This document shows positions 29,597 to 36,263 of a DNA stretch of 36,263 bases, in pieces (the first letter of the stretch is position 1; every line of letters begins with the position of its first letter). Origin of the DNA: Pseudomonadota bacterium (GTDB lineage: Bacteria > UBA10199 > 2-02-FULL-44-16 > JBDRGF01); NCBI GenBank assembly GCA_043818055.1, contig JBDRGF010000125.1, positions 1 to 36,263 of the forward strand, read 5' to 3'. The notes below the pieces were generated by a model that was given only the letters and a program-made list of their open reading frames with translations, did no database searches and was not told where the DNA came from. The position numbers and the translations under genes were made by a program.

Positions 29597-29851
29597 CTAT
29601 GTCAAGTAAATCTTCTGAAATAGAGGGTTTAACGACATTCTAATTCTAGATTCTACTCTATGAGCGACGAGTCTGTCGATCGTCGTTTGATTATTCCACT
29701 TGGTAAAGCGATGGAGCTTAACGCCTAAGGTAGGGCCACTTTCATTGAGCGATGCGATCGTATTTGTTGCTTCGTCAGATTTAGTGCCGCTTTTACATCC
29801 GGCGATGGATAGAGTTAAAAGTAGTGCAATTAAAAGGACTGTTTTTTTTAT
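29597..29851 (-). pseudogene. Lipoprotein remnant, or small lipoprotein with an ATA start
   Basis: AGGAG RBS, then ATA-KKTVLLIALLLTLSIAG-C (lipobox IAGC); 84 codons open. Confidence 0.5.
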
Positions 29852-29898
29852 GATTCTCCTTACAAAAGAGTTACATCGTCCACTCGGTCTAGAAAAGT

Positions 29899-31032
29899 TT
29901 ATTTATTGATGTGCAAAACTTTAGCGCCGTGAAAGCCGTTGAACTTTGTGGATGAGGCTATGCTGTAAGCGCCGATATTTTCCGTGTAGAGACAGTCTCC
30001 AATTGTGAGATTGGAAGGCAGCTGCTCTGACAGAGATATCTTGTCAAAGCTGTCGCACGTAGGCCCGACCACTGCGCAGACCTCGATTTGGCCATCCTTG
30101 AAGGAGGTAAAGTTGGGAATCCAGTGGTCATAGACTACACCGGAAAATGTGTGATAGACGCCATCATTTATATGGTAAAAGATTTTCCCCTCTCTCTTTG
30201 CCTTTCCAATTATTTCCGAAATCAGTACTGCCGAAGTAGCGACCATAAACCTTCCAGGTTCAGCGATGATTTCGACATCTTCGGGAAAGAGTCTTGAACA
30301 TTCAGAGTTGATTATTTGAGAGAGTTTTTCAAATTCAGGCACATGCGAACTGTATGGCGCAGGAAATCCTCCACCCAGATCTACCAAATTCAAATTATAT
30401 CCGTGTTGACGGGCTTTGTTGAAAATTTCTGATGTGAGTTGCAAGGCTGTAGTAAAGTTATCGAAATTCGTACACTGGCTCCCCACATGAAAACTCAATC
30501 CCTCAACTACCAAACCGAGATCGAATGCCTTTTTGATCAGATCAAAGGCTTCAGAAGTTTCTATCCCAAATTTTGAACCCATTTCAACTTGTGAACCGAT
30601 GTCTGGAACTTTTAGCCTCAAAACAAGGCCGGCTGTATTGCAATGTTGATTAATTTTATTAAGTTCATCTTCGTTATCGTAGGTCATCAGAGGTTTGTAT
30701 TTTTTTATTTTCGAAAGCGTGTCGATATCTTTTATTGTGTTCGAGAAGATTATCTTGTCCCAGATATAGAACTCTTTATCCTGGTCTTCAAACGTATGAA
30801 GATATTCGTAGATCTGCATGAACTCCGAATAAGATGCTACGTCGAAGCTTGCCCCTTCAAGGAAGAGTGTTTTGATTATCTCCGGATTTGAATTTGCCTT
30901 CACGGCATAATATGCCTGAATTCTGGGAAGAAATTTTTTGAATGTGCGATAGTTTTCCCTTATCTTCTCGTGGTCGATTATGAATAAAGGGGTTCCATGT
31001 TCCTTTGTCAAACTCAAGAGTTCTTTTTTCAT
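29899..31032 (-). CDS. PLP-dependent fold-type III ornithine/lysine decarboxylase
   Basis: YYAVKAN (PLP Lys), FDVAS, SFHVGSQ, DLGGGF, EPGRF, GPTCDSFD, GAY. Confidence 0.92.
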   Translation of the reverse strand: MKKELLSLTKEHGTPLFIIDHEKIRENYRTFKKFLPRIQAYYAVKANSNPEIIKTLFLEGASFDVASYSEFMQIYEYLHTFEDQDKEFYIWDKIIFSNTIKDIDTLSKIKKYKPLMTYDNEDELNKINQHCNTAGLVLRLKVPDIGSQVEMGSKFGIETSEAFDLIKKAFDLGLVVEGLSFHVGSQCTNFDNFTTALQLTSEIFNKARQHGYNLNLVDLGGGFPAPYSSHVPEFEKLSQIINSECSRLFPEDVEIIAEPGRFMVATSAVLISEIIGKAKREGKIFYHINDGVYHTFSGVVYDHWIPNFTSFKDGQIEVCAVVGPTCDSFDKISLSEQLPSNLTIGDCLYTENIGAYSIASSTKFNGFHGAKVLHINK

Positions 31033-31047
31033 GCTCTCTCCTTAAAT

Positions 31048-32229
31048 TTAGTTCAACTTCACAATGAGTTTTTTTAGATTTTCTATCTCTTTATTATTTT
31101 CAAGGTAGGACTTGATAAGTTTTTTGTGCAGTTCATCACTTCTATCATATAATCTTTTTAATCTCTTGGGCTGTGTCGTCTGAATTGTATATGCCACCAT
31201 CAGAGGAAGGGCAACGGTCACATCGATGTAGGCTGTTACAGCTTCATCGAGCTTAGTCGGATCGATCTTTCCCCAACTGGCAGCCTCGCTCGGTGGAGCT
31301 CCCGACAGTCCGCCGGTATCGGGTCGGGCATCTGTGATGTTGATATCGTAATCCTGTCCCAACTCTGGGATCATCAAAACTTCCTGAATCTGCGGTTCGG
31401 TTTGCAGCATGAAGTTCTTGGGACTGCCGCCACCTATCAGAATGACTCCTGTCTTGCCATGTTCATAATTCTTGGCATTTAATATTATTGCCGTCGAGTC
31501 GTTGACATCTATGCTTGGGTTAATTTTTAGTTTGAAAAGATCTTGCAGGCCGGCAGCTTCTGCGAGAAGCTCTACTCCTGCGATATTCATCCCTATCGTC
31601 GAATCTCCGGGAGATGATGTAAAAACTGGTATGCCGTTTCTATAAGCAGCCGCAAGTATGCTCACCTCTCCTAATTTATTTTTCTTTTCATGTTCATCGA
31701 GAATTTTACCCAAGAGGTGGTAGAATTCGCGCGTGCCCATCTCTTTTTGAAATTCAGGACGCACCAGTATCTCCCTCAAGCCCCTGTCAGTTTCCATAAG
31801 GACATCCTCATAATCGAACAGGATGTCGTAAATTCTGGTCACACCCTTTGCCCTTAGGTCCACATCATCAACATTATGTGTGCCTCTGAACATCGGAAGG
31901 TTGAAGGCGAAATGGATGTCGTGATACATATTGGCGCCGGTCGCGCTGAGCCAATCGACAAAGCCGTGATTCATCAGAGGAATCACGGCTGATGGTCCAA
32001 GGCCTGCTGGAGTAAGAGCACCCGCCAGACTCAATCCCACCGTGACATCATCCTTTGAATATCTCTCTTTCAGCAGGTGACAGGCTGCCCTGAGCCGCCC
32101 ACCGTTATACGCATCCATGTTGTCGATGATTTTTTCAATGCTTGTGTTTGCTGAAATTGATTCTGGAAGAATTCTTTTGCCTGCCAGATATTTTGCCTTT
32201 CCCGGGCAGTTCTTTTTATTTTTCTCCAT
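31048..32229 (-). CDS. Deoxyhypusine synthase-like protein (candidate homospermidine synthase, SpeY-like)
   Basis: GALTPAG, TGAN, SPGDS, IGGGSPKN, PDTGGLSGA, EAASWGK (catalytic Lys). Confidence 0.9.
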   Translation of the reverse strand: MEKNKKNCPGKAKYLAGKRILPESISANTSIEKIIDNMDAYNGGRLRAACHLLKERYSKDDVTVGLSLAGALTPAGLGPSAVIPLMNHGFVDWLSATGANMYHDIHFAFNLPMFRGTHNVDDVDLRAKGVTRIYDILFDYEDVLMETDRGLREILVRPEFQKEMGTREFYHLLGKILDEHEKKNKLGEVSILAAAYRNGIPVFTSSPGDSTIGMNIAGVELLAEAAGLQDLFKLKINPSIDVNDSTAIILNAKNYEHGKTGVILIGGGSPKNFMLQTEPQIQEVLMIPELGQDYDINITDARPDTGGLSGAPPSEAASWGKIDPTKLDEAVTAYIDVTVALPLMVAYTIQTTQPKRLKRLYDRSDELHKKLIKSYLENNKEIENLKKLIVKLN

Positions 32230-32257
32230 CGATCCCCTCCTGAAATTTTTGCTAATA

Positions 32258-33721
32258 TTAAACTGACCATTCCGTTGTGCCGTCAGGCTTATCCTTTATT
32301 TTGATACCTAAGTTTGCGAGTTCGTCCCGAATCTGATCTGCCTTTGCAAAATCTTTGTTCTTGCGTGCATCTAGCCTATCCTGGATTAATTTTTCAATCT
32401 TTTTGGTATCTACACCTTTTTTTTCTGTCTCGAACTTCATCCTGCGCTCTTTGTATTCATTCGGATTTGATCCAAAGCAGCCAAGGGTCTTACCAAGCAT
32501 GTTCTGAATCTTTGTCATCTGAGCGCCAATCCAATTTGTACTCTTCGTGTCGTTCGGGTTTGAGTCCAGGTGTCTATTGACGATTCTCATGGTATCAAAA
32601 ATGAACCCTATCGCCTTGGCGCTGTTAAAGTCGTCATCCATCGCTTCAATAAAGCGCGATTCAAACGCCGAGAGATTTTCGAAGATCTCAGTTTCTTGAT
32701 CTGATGATGGTTTGAAATCAATCTTGGTATCTGTTTTGTGTGGCAAACGAAGCAGGGTGTCATAGAAACGATCGAGGCTTGTCGTCGCCTGCTGCATCGC
32801 CCCCTCCGTATAATCCAGCGGGGAGCGATAGTGCGTGGATAAAATAAAGTAGCGCAAGATCTCCGGATCGTGTTTAGCAAGAAGGGAGTCGATCGTTGTG
32901 AAATTTCCCAGGCTCTTACTCATCTTCTCGCCATTCACTTTTATGAGGCCGTTGTGCATCCAGCATTTTGCGAATTTTGTCGAATTTGCACCCTCAGCCT
33001 GCGCGATCTCATTTTCGTGGTGAGGAAATACGAGGTCCTGACCGCCGCCGTGAATATCAAAAGGCTGTCCAAGATATTTTGTGCTCATGCATGAACATTC
33101 AATATGCCATCCCGGACGTCCTTTGCCCCACGGGCTCTCCCAGCTCGGCTCATCCGGCTTGGCCCCTTTCCACAGGGCAAAATCCAAAGGATCGTCCTTC
33201 TTTTCATCGACTTCGATTCTCGTCCCGGATTCGAGCTCCTCGATATTTCTGCCAGAGAGTTTGCCATATCCGGGAAATTTGCGAACCGCGTAATAGACGT
33301 CGTTTCCTGCTCGATACGCAAGCCCATTTTTTTCGAGCTTTTCTATCATCTCGATCATATCTTTCACATGTTCGGTCGCCTTTGGGGATACACTGGGTGG
33401 AAGGACTTTGAGTTTCGACATCTCCTGTTCGTATTCGGCTATATATTTTTTTGTGAGCTCTTCGCATGAAATCTTGAGCTCGTTTGCGCGTTTGATGATC
33501 TTATCATCTATATCGGTGTAGTTTCTCACATAGGTGACATCGAAACCTTTGAATTTTAGATAGCGATAGACCATGTCGAAGACAACAGCCGGCCTTATGT
33601 GTCCCAGATGGGAAGAATCGTATACGGTGACACCGCAAACATACATCCGCACCTTTCCATCGTTTATAGGAGTGAATTCCTCTTTGGAACGAGATAGCGT
33701 ATTATAGATTTTTATCGACAT
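32258..33721 (-). CDS. cysS: Cysteine--tRNA ligase
   Basis: YVCGVTVYD, HLGH, GRPGWHIEC, DIHGGG.DL.FPHHENE, KMSKS. Confidence 0.99.
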   Translation of the reverse strand: MSIKIYNTLSRSKEEFTPINDGKVRMYVCGVTVYDSSHLGHIRPAVVFDMVYRYLKFKGFDVTYVRNYTDIDDKIIKRANELKISCEELTKKYIAEYEQEMSKLKVLPPSVSPKATEHVKDMIEMIEKLEKNGLAYRAGNDVYYAVRKFPGYGKLSGRNIEELESGTRIEVDEKKDDPLDFALWKGAKPDEPSWESPWGKGRPGWHIECSCMSTKYLGQPFDIHGGGQDLVFPHHENEIAQAEGANSTKFAKCWMHNGLIKVNGEKMSKSLGNFTTIDSLLAKHDPEILRYFILSTHYRSPLDYTEGAMQQATTSLDRFYDTLLRLPHKTDTKIDFKPSSDQETEIFENLSAFESRFIEAMDDDFNSAKAIGFIFDTMRIVNRHLDSNPNDTKSTNWIGAQMTKIQNMLGKTLGCFGSNPNEYKERRMKFETEKKGVDTKKIEKLIQDRLDARKNKDFAKADQIRDELANLGIKIKDKPDGTTEWSV

Positions 33722-33722
33722 T

Positions 33723-34199
33723 TTATTGAATCCTCTTGATAAGAGCTACCGCCTGGACTGCAATTGCCTTCCCTTCGCCAACTGCATCGAGATTCTCGTT
33801 GCTGCGAATCTTAATATTAACCCGATTTTTGTCTATATTGAGAAGGTCAGCAACGTTCTTGCTGATAGCTTGCTGATATGTTGAGAGCTTTGGCTTTTGG
33901 GCTATGATGTTGCAGTCGATATTTTCTATCTCCCATTTTTCAGCCGTCAATCTCTCCAACACCTGAGAGAGGAGTTTTGTGCTCTTTGCATCTTTATATT
34001 TTGCATCGGTAGGTGGAAATAATGTGCCGATATCTCCGAGTCCAGCTGCGCCGAGCAGTGCATCCATTATAGAGTGAAGCAATACATCGCCATCTGAATG
34101 GGCGAGGAGACCTTCGTCATGCTCGATCTTCACATCTCCCAGAATCAGCTCTTTATCGCTTCCAAATCTATGGATGTCATATCCGATTCCGACTCTCAT
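33723..34199 (-). CDS. ispF: 2-C-methyl-D-erythritol 2,4-cyclodiphosphate synthase
   Basis: RVGIGYDIH, HSDGDVLLH, GDIG..FP. Confidence 0.97.
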   Translation of the reverse strand: MRVGIGYDIHRFGSDKELILGDVKIEHDEGLLAHSDGDVLLHSIMDALLGAAGLGDIGTLFPPTDAKYKDAKSTKLLSQVLERLTAEKWEIENIDCNIIAQKPKLSTYQQAISKNVADLLNIDKNRVNIKIRSNENLDAVGEGKAIAVQAVALIKRIQ

Positions 34200-34885
34200 C
34201 CGACCTCCATTTCCAAAATTGAACAGGCGAGGTGTAGATCCTCCGGCCTTGTAATCTTGATATTGGTTGCATTCCCTTCAATGATAAAAACTTTCTTTCC
34301 AATTCTCTCAAAAAGGCTCGCTTCATCTGTGCCATAGAAATTATCATCGCAAGCACTTTGCATAGCCTGTAACAAAAGAGATTTTTTGAAGGTCTGCGGG
34401 GTTTGAGCCTCCCAGAGCCTTTGACGATCTATAGTTCTCACAACTTCGCCATTTTCATCCACCTCTTTGATAGTCGGTATTACTTTGGAGGCGATAAGAC
34501 ATGCGTCGTTCATTTTAGCACACTCTATAGATGTTTCAATCATCTCAGTTGTGATAAATGGCCTTACGCCATCGTGGATGAGAACGATTTCTGTTTCGTT
34601 GGGCAGAAGATCGAGCGCATTTTTTACAGTATCCTGCCTCTTCTCTCCGCCGGCTACTATTCTCCACGATTTTGGATAATCATACCTTTCGACGATCTCC
34701 TCTTTGAAGCTTTCCACCCTGTCAGGCTCTACAGCAATTGAGATGTCCCAATCCGTGAATTGGGCAAACTTATCAAGGGTATAGCAGATGATGGGCCGCC
34801 CGTTGAGCTCTAAAAACTGTTTGGGTTTATCCCCTCCCATCCTGAGGCCTTTGCCTGCCGCAACTATGATAGCTGAAACTTTCAT
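34196..34885 (-). CDS. ispD: 2-C-methyl-D-erythritol 4-phosphate cytidylyltransferase
   Basis: AAGKGLRM..KPKQF, GG..RQD, IHDGVRP, QTPQ, TDEA, NIKIT..EDL. Confidence 0.97.
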   Translation of the reverse strand: MKVSAIIVAAGKGLRMGGDKPKQFLELNGRPIICYTLDKFAQFTDWDISIAVEPDRVESFKEEIVERYDYPKSWRIVAGGEKRQDTVKNALDLLPNETEIVLIHDGVRPFITTEMIETSIECAKMNDACLIASKVIPTIKEVDENGEVVRTIDRQRLWEAQTPQTFKKSLLLQAMQSACDDNFYGTDEASLFERIGKKVFIIEGNATNIKITRPEDLHLACSILEMEVG

Positions 34886-34929
34886 AGGAGAGGTCTTATC
34901 AGTATATTGTGTGGATGTTCAAGAAAAAT

Positions 34930-34962
34930 AAAAACCCCTCTGCCGTAAGACAGAGGGGTTTT
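34930..34962 (-). terminator. Intrinsic terminator after carD (bidirectional-looking)
   Basis: aaaacccctctg-ccgtaaga-cagaggggtttt hairpin with A/T tails on both sides. Confidence 0.8.
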
Positions 34963-34979
34963 AAAAGAGAGAGGGAAAA

Positions 34980-35492
34980 CTAATTCACAAAGATGTCTTC
35001 GATTTCATTTTCGACCATATCCTCTTCCATCTCCTGAGATATGGAGAGCTCCTTTACAACCAAGGAGTGGGCCGTGTCCAACATCTTTCTTTCGCCAAAC
35101 GAGAGTTCCTTGTGATGTCTGAGCAATAGAAGATCTCTCAAAACTTCTGCAATCTCATAAACCGATCCGGTTTTGATCTTGTCCATATATTCACGATATC
35201 TGCGGTTCCAGGTCTGTTCGTTGATCGTTATGTCGCGCTCGCGAAGGATGTCATATACGATGTCCACTTCGCTCAATTTTATTACCTCTCTCAGCCCCAC
35301 GGTTCTGACGTTATTAGTGGGAACCATTATCGTCATCCCGCTGTCGAGAAGTTTTAAAATATAGAACTTGTGCTTGCTGCCTGCGATCTCACGTCTCTCA
35401 ATCGAGTGAACCTTTCCAACTCCGTGAGCGGGGTAAACTGCCATATCCCCAACCTTGAATTCCCTGTTAAGCACTGACCTCTTTTCCATCAT
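34980..35492 (-). CDS. carD: CarD/CdnL family RNA polymerase-binding regulator
   Basis: FKVGD..VYPAHGVG.V, IMVP, WNRRYR, IAEVLRDL; start moved to ATG 35492 after an AAGGAGG RBS. Confidence 0.93.
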   Translation of the reverse strand: MMEKRSVLNREFKVGDMAVYPAHGVGKVHSIERREIAGSKHKFYILKLLDSGMTIMVPTNNVRTVGLREVIKLSEVDIVYDILRERDITINEQTWNRRYREYMDKIKTGSVYEIAEVLRDLLLLRHHKELSFGERKMLDTAHSLVVKELSISQEMEEDMVENEIEDIFVN

Positions 35493-35569
35493 AAAAATAC
35501 CCTCCTTTATGTATAAAAAACCAAATGATTCTGATGAGTTATCCAATCTTTCCTGTAAATTGTGATCCC

Positions 35570-35599
35570 CTTATATCACAGCGATCGACTTTCGGTCAA
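35570..35599 (-). promoter_or_regulatory. Candidate sigma70 promoter for carD
   Basis: TTGACC-18 nt-TATAAG with a TGn extended -10. Confidence 0.45.
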
Positions 35600-35749
35600 T
35601 CTGCAAGGCCTTGTTTTTTCAAAACTTTTTTCTTCCATATATTTCATGAAGAAATGCACCAACGCTTCAGTGCCAACTTTCTATTTTTTTAAATTCCTTT
35701 TGATATATATGATGATTTTTTTGTTTTGAATGCTTCAATTTTATTCCTC

Positions 35750-35778
35750 TTGACACTTGGCACCACCTTTAATATCTT
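35750..35778 (+). promoter_or_regulatory. Candidate sigma70 promoter for tRNA-Phe
   Basis: TTGACA-17 nt-TATCTT. Confidence 0.55.
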
Positions 35779-35819
35779 GCGTGCGATTTTGATAACTAGT
35801 TGTTATCTTTGGTTTTACC

Positions 35820-35892
35820 GGGCAGGTAGCTCAGTCGGTAGAGCAGAAGACTGAAAATCTTCGTGTCGGCGGTTCAATTCCGTCCCTGCCCA
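35820..35892 (+). tRNA. tRNA-Phe (GAA); CCA not encoded
   Basis: Acceptor GGGCAGG/CCTGCCC, D arm GCTC/GAGC, anticodon arm GAAGA-CTGAAAA-TCTTC, T loop GGTTCAATTCC. Confidence 0.97.
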
Positions 35893-35895
35893 CAG

Positions 35896-35927
35896 GGGGT
35901 TCCATGATCATGGGATCCCCTTTTTTT
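35896..35927 (+). terminator. Intrinsic terminator after tRNA-Phe
   Basis: ggggttccatg-at-catgggatcccc followed by T7. Confidence 0.8.
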
Positions 35928-36054
35928 ATGCTGCTTTGCGCTTATGGTCATCGTGTAAGGATATCGATTTGATGAGATAACCGCACAGCTTCCATTAGAT
36001 TCCCGTCTCTCTTCACCTGCAGCCGATTTAGTTTTCAAATAATATATTCAGGGT

Positions 36055-36094
36055 AAAAAAAAGGAGGGGGAGCATAAAAAATTGCTCCCCCTCC
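36055..36094 (-). terminator. Intrinsic terminator for a minus-strand gene entering from the right edge
   Basis: ggagggggagca/tgctccccctcc 12-bp stem with A8 on its left (U-tract on the minus strand). Confidence 0.75.
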
Positions 36095-36110
36095 CTCACT
36101 TATATTATCG

Positions 36111-36263
36111 TCATTTGCGAGGAAAAGTTGCGTGTGCGAGGCAGATTTCTTTAACGGAAAAGGAGAAAGGAGGTAAAGGCAAATAATCCCCGGTGGTTAG
36201 AAAGATCCGGAGAAAACCACCCAAAGCCCTTGCTGAGGGTTTATTGAAGTCAAAAGCGATGCT
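36111..36263 (-). CDS. Possible 3' end of an unidentified gene
   Basis: Frame open from the window edge (SIAFDFNKP...FPRK*), ending just before the terminator. Confidence 0.3.
   Translation of the reverse strand, partial: SIAFDFNKPSARALGGFLRIFLTTGDYLPLPPFSFSVKEICLAHATFPRK

Noticed and set aside
31048..32229. Eukaryotic or archaeal contamination suggested by DHS and ODC
   Set aside because: The genes sit in a bacterial operon with SD sequences, contiguous with cysS-ispF-ispD, and bacterial homologues of both are known.
32314..33469. Many overlapping short ORFs within cysS, and similar ones within atpA, atpD, hppA, uvrB and the Lon-like gene
   Set aside because: They are alternative-frame or antisense shadows of well-supported genes, without motifs or RBS.
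35757..35780. Sigma54 promoter upstream of the tRNA (TTGGCAC)
   Set aside because: There is no TTGC at the required spacing; a sigma70 TTGACA-17-TATCTT fits better.
35820..36263. Integrative element at tRNA-Phe
   Set aside because: No integrase or duplicated tRNA 3' end is visible in the window.

Overview
Bacterial chromosomal window. The gene orders parA-parB-bactofilin-atpF'-atpF/H-A-G-D-C and carD-ispD-ispF-cysS suggest a Deltaproteobacteria-like lineage (inference). Left part: an FAD-linked oxidase, then a candidate cyclic-nucleotide module (CHASE2 adenylate cyclase, secreted FecR/DUF928-like partner, MscS channel with a cNMP-binding domain, MBL-fold hydrolase). Next, rsmG lies in reversed orientation between two 53-bp inverted repeats that each contain a perfect parS site. 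It is followed by parAB, bactofilin, a divergent F1/stator ATP synthase operon (b-delta fusion, short epsilon) and a K+-dependent, probably Na+-pumping, membrane pyrophosphatase. Right part: LonC-like protease, DUF362/ferredoxin, DUF4416, a lipoprotein with three internal repeats, uvrB, an orphan-rich patch with a gene split at a C9 tract, ornithine decarboxylase plus deoxyhypusine-synthase-like genes, cysS, ispF, ispD, carD and tRNA-Phe(GAA). Intergenic DNA is rich in small structured elements: inverted 7-8-nt tandem-repeat hairpins (two near-identical copies), GTAG-footed REPs and two MITE-like elements. All calls come from reading motifs by eye; no database searches were run.
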